Below are positions 39,704 through 50,200 of a stretch of 56,195 nt of DNA, in pieces. The DNA is from a virus (lineage: Duplodnaviria > Caudoviricetes): positions 1-56,195 of IMG/VR virus record IMGVR_UViG_3300025128_000045. One strand, 5' to 3'. The notes under the pieces are model-generated. The model was not told where the DNA came from. It saw only the letters and a program-made list of their open reading frames with translations, and searched no databases. Position numbers and translations under genes: made by a program. Within the stretch, counting starts at the first letter, position 1. Each line of letters begins with the position of its first letter.

Positions 39704-40254
39704 TGACTAAACAAGAATGGATAGATGGAAGTCTTGTAGAAACTGATACAGATTATCAGATAGCAGGACAAAATATATTATACAAGAATGAAAAAGATTT
39801 TCTTCCTAAAGGAGTAGAACTTTTATGTATTCAACAGAAGCCAAAGTCTGTACTTGAGTTTGGTTTTGGCGTAGGCTGGACTTCTACAGAATTTCAAAAG
39901 CATAACTTAGATACTCATGTTATACTTGAGCCTAATACAGCTTCTTATAATCTTGCATTAGAATGGAAGAAAGATTATAGTTCAAATATAGAAATAGTAA
40001 ACTGCTTTAGTTGGGATTATACTCCTACTATGACATTTGATTTAGTATATGATGATAGACAAGAAGTTATAAGTGAAAAGAATCATGAAGAGCATATGGA
40101 TAAGATTTTAGAAAGAGGTCAATGGTATGCAGGTTGGGCGATAGAGTGTAATGATAGATTGTACTGTGATTATCCTATATACTTTAGTCTAAATAATAAA
40201 CTATATATGCAAGCTTTAAAAAAGTATGGAGAATATTTACCATGCCAACTATGA
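39703..40254 (+). CDS. SAM-dependent methyltransferase (GAMT/Rmt2-like)
   Basis: VLEFGFGVG motif I, HVILEPN, FDLVYDD. Confidence 0.7.
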   Translation: MTKQEWIDGSLVETDTDYQIAGQNILYKNEKDFLPKGVELLCIQQKPKSVLEFGFGVGWTSTEFQKHNLDTHVILEPNTASYNLALEWKKDYSSNIEIVNCFSWDYTPTMTFDLVYDDRQEVISEKNHEEHMDKILERGQWYAGWAIECNDRLYCDYPIYFSLNNKLYMQALKKYGEYLPCQL

Positions 40255-40772
40255 CATTAGTACCTGATGGAATCTCTGGTGAAGGTTCAGGTATATGGGA
40301 AGCTAATTCAGGAACAAGGACAAGAGCAGTAGAAACTAATAATGGTGACACAACCTATATAAGTGAAGGAAATAATGGTGATAATGTAACTTTTTCTTTT
40401 CCAAATCCATCTGTAGCAGAAGCTGATATAAGAAGTATTACATCTATTCAACTTTTTGCTTATGGAAGGTTACCAGCCAGAGGGTCAAGTGGTGCTGATG
40501 TACAATTTACATACGATAGTGTTCCTTCAGCTACAGGATTAGAGACAATAAATTTCCCTAATTCAGCTGTTTATGCTCTTAGAAATGGAACAGCAAATAC
40601 TGTTAATAGTGATGGTAGTGCATTTACTTATGATAATTTAGAAGATATAACATTAAAAGTTAATAAATCTGGAGTTTCAGGAGCAGTTAGAATTACTCAA
40701 ATAGGTATAACAGTTACATATGTAGAAGAACCTGATACAGGCGACTCTATCTTCTTTGGAACAAACTTTTAA
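40242..40772 (+). CDS. Virion-associated beta protein
   Basis: T/S/G-rich, in fibre module. Confidence 0.65.
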   Translation: MPTMTLVPDGISGEGSGIWEANSGTRTRAVETNNGDTTYISEGNNGDNVTFSFPNPSVAEADIRSITSIQLFAYGRLPARGSSGADVQFTYDSVPSATGLETINFPNSAVYALRNGTANTVNSDGSAFTYDNLEDITLKVNKSGVSGAVRITQIGITVTYVEEPDTGDSIFFGTNF

Positions 40773-40850
40773 TTTGAATAAGATTTTAAATATTAATAAA
40801 ACGGTATTATAAACAAGTGTTATTTTATAATGCAAGAAAATAGGTAAAAT

Positions 40851-41675
40851 ATGGGTAAATACTATACACCGGGATATGTTGCATCTTTACATCGAAGCTG
40901 GTTAGAGCCATTTATGGCAGAGATAGAAAAGAAAAAAGAGGAAGAGGAGTATACTGCTCCTTTAGGTGCAAGAAATATGGGTATTTTAAATACAATCCTT
41001 GCTGGAGCAAATACATTAAAAGCCGTTCATGAATTGAAACAATTAAAAACATCATCAATGAAAGATGGTGGTAAGGTTAAAAAGTATCAAGATGGTGATT
41101 TTATTGGAATCCCATATGAAGAAGTAGATGTATTAGGTGCTCGAAAAGAACTAAAACCTTTAGATTTTCGCAAGACAGATACTAATGTTATGGACCAATT
41201 AAAACCTATTAAGACTCCTGAAATAAAAGAAATGTCTGGATTACAATCAAAGGCAACTATAGCAAAAGGAAAACTTGAGGAAGGTCTTGGTGTTTTGGGC
41301 GAGGCTCAAACATTAAGGCATGGTACAAAGACTCAAAAAACTGCTGCAGCTGCAAGACTTGGTGTAAAAGCTACTGAGCAGATAGCTAAAAAAATTGGTA
41401 CAGAAGGGGCTAAAGCTGCCTCTAAAAAAGTTGCTGGAGCAGTACTGCCCGGAATTGGAGTAGCTACTGGGATAGAAAAAATAGCACACGGAGATAATCC
41501 TTATACAAAAAGTGCTGGTGTTCTTGAGGCAGTTGGTGGAGTAGCTAAAGTTGTTCCAGTCCTTGGTACAGCTGTTGGTGGTATTTTAGATATTGCTGCT
41601 ATGGGAGTCGAAGGTATTGGTATGCTTGCTGGTAATAAACCTAAAAAACAACGAAAAATAGCAAAGTTAGGTTAA
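40851..41675 (+). CDS. Internal virion/ejection protein (putative)
   Basis: MKDGGKVKKYQDG motif; Gly/Ala-rich hydrophobic C-terminus. Confidence 0.6.
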   Translation: MGKYYTPGYVASLHRSWLEPFMAEIEKKKEEEEYTAPLGARNMGILNTILAGANTLKAVHELKQLKTSSMKDGGKVKKYQDGDFIGIPYEEVDVLGARKELKPLDFRKTDTNVMDQLKPIKTPEIKEMSGLQSKATIAKGKLEEGLGVLGEAQTLRHGTKTQKTAAAARLGVKATEQIAKKIGTEGAKAASKKVAGAVLPGIGVATGIEKIAHGDNPYTKSAGVLEAVGGVAKVVPVLGTAVGGILDIAAMGVEGIGMLAGNKPKKQRKIAKLG

Positions 41676-42004
41676 TGCAAGCAACTAAATTAATGATAGA
41701 AAAAGCTGATAAGTATTGTGAAAAATCTCTTGATGCTAAAGAAGAGTTTCTTGAGCCTAACTATAAAACATTTGTAAAAGAGTATAATAATTTTTGGTGT
41801 GAATATTCTATAGAAGGTGATGTTTTTTGGATACATACAGCTTATTCTGAAGAAGATACTATTAAAAGATGGGTAGAAATCATTCAACTTGCTAAAGATT
41901 ATGGATGTAAAAGTATTCAATTCACTACTAAGCGAGACCCAAAGTTATGGGAAAGAAGATTTGGATTTAAACCTATTGCATATAAAATGGAGTATATACT
42001 ATGA
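41675..42004 (+). CDS. GNAT-like protein of the ejection module
   Basis: AKDYGCKSIQFTTKR...RRFGFK; position before ejection genes. Confidence 0.6.
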   Translation: MQATKLMIEKADKYCEKSLDAKEEFLEPNYKTFVKEYNNFWCEYSIEGDVFWIHTAYSEEDTIKRWVEIIQLAKDYGCKSIQFTTKRDPKLWERRFGFKPIAYKMEYIL

Positions 42005-42714
42005 GTGATGCATCATGGGAACCGAGCAAAGGTCAATGGGGAATATTTGGAAGTGATGCTGGTTCAAAAGAAGGACAAAGAAGAAGAGGCAAAGCCTATT
42101 CAGGGGAAGCTGGTCAGCTGATTAAAGAGAGTGATAAAAATCTTGAATTATTACTAAAACAGTTTAATAGAGCTCAAGGACCAGACAGTATATATGCTAA
42201 ACAAATGGAACTTGAACAAGACCAAGCAAGTCTTGCAGGAGAAGGTTTTTTAGAAGAAGCCGATAGACAAGCTGCTGCAATGAGAGCTCAAACAGAAACC
42301 CAAACTCAACAAATTGAAACTCAGCAAGCAAAACAGAACTTTGCTGGGTCAGGTTCAACAGGTAGAGCAAGAGAACAATTAGCACAAACAATTAGAGATA
42401 AAGGTGGTGATATATACTCAGACTTAACTACAAAAAGAGCATCTCAAGACCTTGAATTAGAAAAAAAAGGTATAGCTTCTGAGCATGAACAACATACTGA
42501 ACTTGATAGAATAGAAGGTGAAGCACGAGGTATTGCATCCCAAACCCGACAGGCATTACTTTCAATGGAAAATACTAAAACATCGTATAGCCCAAATCCA
42601 GGTTTAGATAAATTTACAAGAAGACCTGGTGATGCTCCTCCTGCTGCAGCTCCAGCAAGTCCTGCATTTAATCCACCAAAGTTTAATATTAATTTAGGAG
42701 ATATGTTTAATTAA
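42001..42714 (+). CDS. Internal virion/ejection protein (putative)
   Basis: Helical Q/A/E-rich, NFAGSGS motif. Confidence 0.6.
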   Translation: MSDASWEPSKGQWGIFGSDAGSKEGQRRRGKAYSGEAGQLIKESDKNLELLLKQFNRAQGPDSIYAKQMELEQDQASLAGEGFLEEADRQAAAMRAQTETQTQQIETQQAKQNFAGSGSTGRAREQLAQTIRDKGGDIYSDLTTKRASQDLELEKKGIASEHEQHTELDRIEGEARGIASQTRQALLSMENTKTSYSPNPGLDKFTRRPGDAPPAAAPASPAFNPPKFNINLGDMFN

Positions 42715-42737
42715 TTTTAATATAGGAAATATTTTTA

Positions 42738-44210
42738 ATGGGTAAAATAGATTGGCAAGGAATATCAACAGCAATAGGTCAAGTAAACCAACTTATTAAA
42801 CCTTCAGCTGCTCAACAAAAAGAATTAGACTTTCAGGACTGGAAAACTAAACAATTATGGAGTCAAGGATTTGAGCAATCTTATGCTTTGCAAACTGAAA
42901 TAGATAAAAACTGGGAAAATATTGATGCTACAACAAAAGACCTTGCTGCAATAGATGCAACACTCGCAACTAAAATCAATGATGAAAATAAAACTCCTGG
43001 TGCATTAAAATTACATGAACTTTTAGGAACAAAGACATTAGAAGATTTGATGAAGTTTAATGAAACAAAAAGTCAAGAATTAGCTGAGACAAACAATATT
43101 TTAAATAATGAAACTGGTAAAATTGTGAGTTATAATAGTGGTGAAGAGCTTTTGGGGAAAATACCATTAACCTATGATGAAAATACTCAACTTCCAGAAC
43201 ATTTAAAAGGATTAGTCATTAAAGCAAACGAAGATGGTACTCCGGCAGAGTATGGAGACTTTGATTCAGATGGAGATGGTAGACTAAGTACGAGTGAATA
43301 TAAGACTGCCAAGACTCAAGTTATAAATATGCTTGCAGGTCGAGATGATTTAGCTTATACATTTAATCCTGAAGCTTTTGAGGTCGGATTTAATAATGCT
43401 TTAGATGAAGAAAAAACGAATGAAGCTGTTACTGATGCAAAAAATGCTGAAAAAATACTTGAAGGTAAATTGGCAAAGCAAAAAATAGATTATGATTCAG
43501 CTGCTTTAACTCTTCAAGAAAAACGAGCTAAGTATAATAAATCACAAGAGTCTATTGAGAATATGAAAATAGATGCAGTTATAGAAGAGATTGATTTCCT
43601 TGAAAGTGATTTCTTATTTGATGCTACAAACCCAGATATAGCAGGTAGAAAATATTTCCATGGTAAAATAGAGAAAGAAATGGCAGCTGGTCCTCAGTAT
43701 GCAAGGACAATGGAATCTCAAGAAAGACTAAGGAAGTTATATGCGAGAGCTATGGAGTTAGATGTAGACTCTGAGTCTGTTGGATTGCCTACATTACAAA
43801 AGCTTTCACAAATTTCTGGACATGGTAATCTAAAAGATATATGGGATTGGGGAGATGAATCATTTAAATTAGATTATTCTAAAGGTGCAATAGGTCCAGA
43901 GGAATATGAACGAATAATGAAGCCTGTTTATCTTGAAGGCGAAACAGAAAAGCCTTATACTCAAAGACGAGATGCTATTCTGGAAATTGTTAGAAATCCT
44001 AATTTAACTAAAGACCAGATAGATAAAATATTGATAGTTTCAGACAAAAAATTTAAAGATTTAAAAACAGTTGATAACCAAGGTACACCTATAGATGGAA
44101 CAGCCCTTGGGAAAGAGTATATGGGTATGATGAAAGGCTTAATAGATAATGTTGATAATGAAACCGAATTTAATCGTATATACGAAAACCTTTTAATGTT
44201 TTTTAAATAA
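42738..44210 (+). CDS. Internal virion/ejection protein (putative)
   Basis: Helical 490 aa before the giant ORF. Confidence 0.6.
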   Translation: MGKIDWQGISTAIGQVNQLIKPSAAQQKELDFQDWKTKQLWSQGFEQSYALQTEIDKNWENIDATTKDLAAIDATLATKINDENKTPGALKLHELLGTKTLEDLMKFNETKSQELAETNNILNNETGKIVSYNSGEELLGKIPLTYDENTQLPEHLKGLVIKANEDGTPAEYGDFDSDGDGRLSTSEYKTAKTQVINMLAGRDDLAYTFNPEAFEVGFNNALDEEKTNEAVTDAKNAEKILEGKLAKQKIDYDSAALTLQEKRAKYNKSQESIENMKIDAVIEEIDFLESDFLFDATNPDIAGRKYFHGKIEKEMAAGPQYARTMESQERLRKLYARAMELDVDSESVGLPTLQKLSQISGHGNLKDIWDWGDESFKLDYSKGAIGPEEYERIMKPVYLEGETEKPYTQRRDAILEIVRNPNLTKDQIDKILIVSDKKFKDLKTVDNQGTPIDGTALGKEYMGMMKGLIDNVDNETEFNRIYENLLMFFK

Positions 44211-47200
44211 ATGCCAGAAAATTTTGAATTTACATATGAAGCTGCATTGGCAAGAGCAAGGGCAGCAGCCGGACAAGACCCAATTGCCGTAGAAGAAGAA
44301 GAGTCCTTCCTCCCTGATTACAATGATATTATAAAAAGAAACAAACAAAGGTTCGGAGACAAACCTCAAGTCGTAACTACCAAGCCTGTAAAAAAAGAAT
44401 CCACATGGTCAGATGTTTATGATAAAGGTAGAAGAGCTCTTGGGATAATATCTGAAGAACCTAAACATGACAACTGGAATACTTATACGGATGAGTACAA
44501 AAATTTCCACGAAAAAACTAAAAATAGAATAAAAGAAAGTGGTTTAGAAACCAGGGAGATGAGGGATAATAATATTCCTCGTTCGTTTATTAATAATGCA
44601 ACCGATTATGCTTTATTTATGATGAACCATCAAGATGACCCAGCAAAAGAAGCCTTTAGAAATATTTCTGATAAGGGTCAAGGTTTAAGAAGTCGTATTC
44701 ATAATATGAATGCCAGAGACCACAACCAAGATAATGTAACAGCTATAGCTAATAACTTGATGGAGAATCAAGAGCTTACTAATGACGAGCTAATGGTTAT
44801 TAATAAGGCTGTCAATGGAGACCCAATAGCTAAAAACAATTTAGTATGGATGCTTGAAGGAAAAAAAGACCCATTTCAATCTATGCTGGATAGTGGAGGT
44901 ATTCAACCTGGTGCTAAAAGTGTTATAACAATGGCACAGGAACATTATGCTGAAGGTGGTGATAGGGATGGTCTTAGGAAACTATTTCAAGAAGAAGATA
45001 GAAAAAGAGAGCATATTGAAAAGTCTCTTGAAAGAAAAGAATTTATTGAAAGTGGTGGCACATCAAATACTAAATATACAGAATGGAATGATGATGGTAC
45101 TGTAAGGAAAACCCTTAATAGGTTTAAGCGAGGTATTCATAATGCTAATGACTTTACAGCAAATACTTTCAATGCAATACCTACATTTATAAGAGCTATT
45201 AGAGCCGATTTGTTAATGGGTGAAGAAAATTTTAATAGCTTAGAAAGAACTTTTAAAGAATTGTCTGATATGTCCAAGGTTGGTGTTAGGTCTATGTTGC
45301 CTGCAGCACCCGATAGAGATTATCAAAACCCTGAAAACTTTTTTGACTTCTTAACCTCTCCAGACCATTTAAGCAAGACTGTTTTAGAACAAGGTCCTAT
45401 GATGCTCCAAATGGTTGCAGGTGCACTTAATTTACCAAAGCTCTGGTCTTATGTAATGGCAGCAGGTTATACAGGTAATATTAAAGACGATATGTTAAAC
45501 TATGAAATGGAGACCGGGGATAAAATACCTTACTGGAAAAGAGATTTAGCAGCTGCAGCAGTTGGTCCTATGGTTGGTGCTATAGATAAAATGTCTTTGA
45601 ATATGGTAATTGGGAAAACACAAGGTGTTGCAGTAACTAAAGCTTTATCTAAAAAGTTTGATGATACGATAAAAAATCAAATAATAAATAGAGCTTTAAG
45701 AACTATGGGTGTTGGTGGTTTAGAAGCAAACACAGAAATGATGCAAGAGGTTTCGGAGTTACTTGTAGCTGCAGGATACAGACCTATTGCTCAAGAAGAA
45801 TGGGACAATATTAAGTTAGCTGGTTATGCTGGGTTTATAATGGGTACTGGTGCAAATATAATATTTAACCCAGCAACCCCGACAAACAGTATCCAAGTAA
45901 AAGGTGTTGATGAACTTATCGCTTCTAAGGTTAAGTACTTTACACATGGTGATGATGGAACAGGTCAATTCATAACCTATAATAAAAATGGTGATGTAAT
46001 AGCTGAGTCCGAGATATATGAAGATACAGATATAGGATACCACGATTACTTAATAGAAAAAGATAGGGTTAAAAGGTTAAATAAAACAGATGAGGTTGAT
46101 TATGATAGTGAGGTAGAAGAGGTAAGCTATGAATCAGACCAAGAGCATATTGAAAATGAAGTTCTTAATGTAAAAACTCAAGAGATAGCTGAGAAAAATG
46201 ATATAGATGTTAAGCCTAAGAAGCGAAGACATGAAAGAAGAACTAAAAAGGGTTCTCTTGCTTATGCTAAAGAAAATTTAAACAATGCTAATATTCTCGT
46301 AAGAGAGCTTGAGAAAAAACTTATAGATGCTCAAGCTAAGAATGACCCTAAGCAGATTGAGATATTATCAGATTTACAGGATGCTAAAGCATTTCAGATA
46401 CATGCTGAGAATGCAGTTTCTATACGGGAATCCCAGAAAAAACCTCGACTATCTCGTAAAGAGAAAAAAAAGAGAGCCTTAGAAGGCAAATTAGAGCCTC
46501 AAATTTCTGAAGAGGTCGATGAAATCATAGAAACAGAGCCAGAAGTTGATGAAGTTGTAGAAACCGTAGAAGAAACAGAGCCTGTCGTGGCTGATGAGGT
46601 AGTGGAAGCTGAACCAGAGGTTGAAGAAGTAGTTGAAGAAACCCCGACAGATATTAAATCTCAAGACCTCGACACAAGAGTAAACACCGAACTTACTGAA
46701 GATGAAAACTATGTATATACAGCAGATATACGAAATGGTAAGACTGGAAATCCATTGTCTTGGGTTAAGAATTTAAATACAAGCAGTATTGACGGGTTTA
46801 CAAAAGCAGCGAAAAAACTTCAAAGCTATGTAGATAAATATATCGGTAGTGAAAACGAACAAGCATCCATGAATGTGGAAGAAGCAGAATCAGCTATTCA
46901 GTCAATGGAAGAAATCCTTGAGGGTAGGGATTTAGCTTTTGATGATGACTTTAATATTATAGACCTACAGGAAACTGATACCGAAACTGATGCTGAACAG
47001 GCTGCTCTTAAAGATATGGATAAATTAGGATTCGATATAATAGATGACGGTGCGACAAACATGGTTATCTTACCTAATCCTGTACCGGGTATGAAAGTTG
47101 TTTACAATGGTATTATTAAAACTGCTCAGTATACATATGAAATGCTACCTCAAAAACTTCGACAGCAGGCTGAAACACTTGGTATAACTCCTAAGAATTT

Positions 47201-50200
47201 TGATGCTACATTTAAATCTGCTATTGATGGATTTAAAAATATTCCTAAGAATATTAAAGCTTGGATTAAAAAAGTTAATAAATCTATTAAAAGATGGTGG
47301 GAAGACAACAGAGTACAGATTGGTGAGAAGATTGAACGAGCAATGGCTAAAACTGGTGGACTTAGATATGCTGTTGAACCGGGAGATGCCCCGACAAAGC
47401 AATCACCAACAACAAGGCTATCCTCTATACCTATACTAAAAGGTGAAGAAAAAGCTCCTAAATTTAAAAACATTGAAGAACTTTCAAGGTATTTGACAAA
47501 CAGGTCTTTAGAGTTGCAAAAAGAAATGGGTGTTGATTTACAAGTAGATAGCGATGAATCTAATGAGATAATAGCTCAGATATTGGCTGAAGAAATAGCC
47601 TTAGAAACAGGGAATGAATGGAATGCTGGTGGTTGGTATAGCCAAAAAATGCAAGATGCCATAAGGGTAACAAAAGAACTTTATCCTCAAATGGAAGACC
47701 CAATGACAGAACGGGCTTTCTTATTTGGATTAGCCATTACAAGTAATGGGCAAGGAGTACCATCTAATTTAAAAATCGCATACCAGCAGTTTGAGTTCTA
47801 TTTAGAGAATGGGTATTGGAATAGCGAATTTGGTCAAATATCAAAAGCTGAAAAGAAGGCAATGGGTGTCGGCAAGCAAGTCGGTGCTATGGAGCAAGCC
47901 TTTGCATTGTACAACGAATTAGCTGAAAGCTGGGGAGAAGCAACACTACAAGACTTTTTAGAAACAGATTTTACAGCAAAAGAGTTAGAGGATGCTGGTG
48001 TTAATCTGCATGGTGAGTCTGCAAGAATAAAAAAAATAGCTGGTGAATTAAAAGAAACAATAATTAAGGGTAGCTCTATTTTTGGACCAAAAGTTGGTGG
48101 TGCTTTTTATCAAAATCTTTTAGGTAATTATGACCCATTAACAATGGATTTACATTTTAGTCGAAATATAAATAGAATAACGGGAGCATTGTTACCAGAA
48201 GCTGTTATGGGAGATGGTTCATCTGACCATTTAGAAAGAACTGGTAAGAAAGATTATTCTAAGCAAATAAAAAGATTTAGAAAATCTATTGTTAAAAATA
48301 GGTCTCTTCGCAAAAAATATGGGATAACCCCAGAAGTATATAAAGATGACAAAGCCTTGCTTAAAGTTGCAGAGAGAATGTTTAAAGATGATACTAATGC
48401 TGGATTCCCAAAAGATGGTCCACCTAAGTTAGATAAGAAGACAGGGAAATATAAGCCTGCAAGAAAAGAGCATAACTTAGCTGCTCAAAGGTATGCAGAT
48501 GTTGTAAATAAGCCTGTAGAAGCACCTAAAAGTGGGGCTGAAAGAAATAGATTTAGAAAAATAATGAAAAGAGCTGTGGAAATTTCTGGTGTAAGTTCTA
48601 TAGCAGATGCACAGGCAATTTTATGGTTTCCTCAAAAGAGATTTTATGGTAAATTTGGTATAACAGGAGAATCAGTAAATGAAACAGATTACAAGCAAGA
48701 AGCAATTAAAATCGCAAAGCAACGAGGACTCGATGATACAAGAATCTCCGGAATTTTGGGAACAGAACAGCAAAGAGTCACTAAAAAAAGCAGCAAACAA
48801 GCTGTTAAAACTAAAAAAACTCAAAAAGGCTTAACACCTCAACAAAAAAGAGCAGTATTAAAACAGGGTAGAAAAGAGCTTTACGACCCCGGCAAAACTT
48901 CAACAAAACAAATTCCTGCTGGATTTAAAAAATTCGCAGAACTTACAGGAATATCTAAAGGTTTTAATTTAGATTATGGTGGTGGAGCATACGATTTAGG
49001 AACACAAGAACTAAAAAAACAAGGTTTAGATAGTGTTATTTATGATGTTTTTGCTCGACCAGATGATTATAATAAAAAATCTATGGCTGAAGTTGATAAA
49101 AGAGGTGGTGCAGATACAGTCACTTTAATGAATGTTCTTAATGTAATTAAAGAACCAGAAAGTAGAGATTTTGTATTAAAAGATGCTTATAGTAAGCTAA
49201 AACCGGGTGGTACTATGATGGTTAGTATCTACTATGATTCTCAAGGTAACTCTGGATTTAGAGGAGCAAAAGACCCAGCCAAAAGAACTTGGCAGGAAAT
49301 GAGAGCTCCGATAACCTATCTACAAGAAATAGAATCTTCATTGCCAGATGCACAAATTCAATTAAATAAACAAGGTAAGCCTGTATTTGATAGCAAGCTT
49401 TTTATTCTTAAAAAACCAGAGACATCAGTTACACCAACCTCTATTGAAGCTGGGTTCTTAGGCTTTACACCATCAAACTTAAAACTTTTAAAGAACACTA
49501 TCATAGACGGAGGTTTATTTGTTTATGAAAATCTTCCTGCTAACCTACAAAAACAAGGACAAAGAATAGGTGTAACTGCACAAAACTTCGGTAGAACATT
49601 GTCTGAGTTCTCATCCAAGACAAAACAAAACATTAAAGCATGGCTAAAGAAAGTACAGAAAGCTATGAAGAGATGGTGGGATGATAATAAGGTCCAAATA
49701 GGTGAGAAGATAGAAAGAGGTATGGCTAAAATGGGTGGTATTAAGTATGCCGTAGACCCGACAATAGAAGGATACCAAACTCAATTAAATAAGTTAGATA
49801 AGAAATTCGGTAAAGGAAAAGGTGCTAAGAAGGAAAGAGCCAAGCTACAAAGCAGAATAGAAAATGTAGATAAGCAAGCAGAGATACAAGGCATTGAGCC
49901 AGAAGAGGTTAAGAAGAAATCTACCTATACACCTCCCGGCAATTTAGAACATTACGAATCTTACTCAGACCCTAAAATAAAAAAAGAAGCCACAGCTAAA
50001 GATAGAGGTGTAATCTCAGGTTTATGGGAAGGTTTTAAAGATTTGGCAATGGTAAATTCTTTTAGAGCTCAAGCAGTAAACAGTAAGATATTTAGACTGA
50101 TTAGAGGTTACTCTTATGATTATATGACTAATGCTTCTATTGATAGAAAAAACTCTGAATCATGGCTAACAACCATTAATCCAAAAAGCAAAACAAACCC

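Noticed and set aside
24962-40772. Diversity-generating retroelement or invertible fibre cassette
   Set aside because: No reverse transcriptase, invertase or near-identical TR/VR pair recognised; LamG repeats are protein-level only
43255-43300. EF-hand-like DFDSDGDGRLSTSE in ejection protein
   Set aside because: Single isolated loop without an evident partner; too weak to call calcium binding
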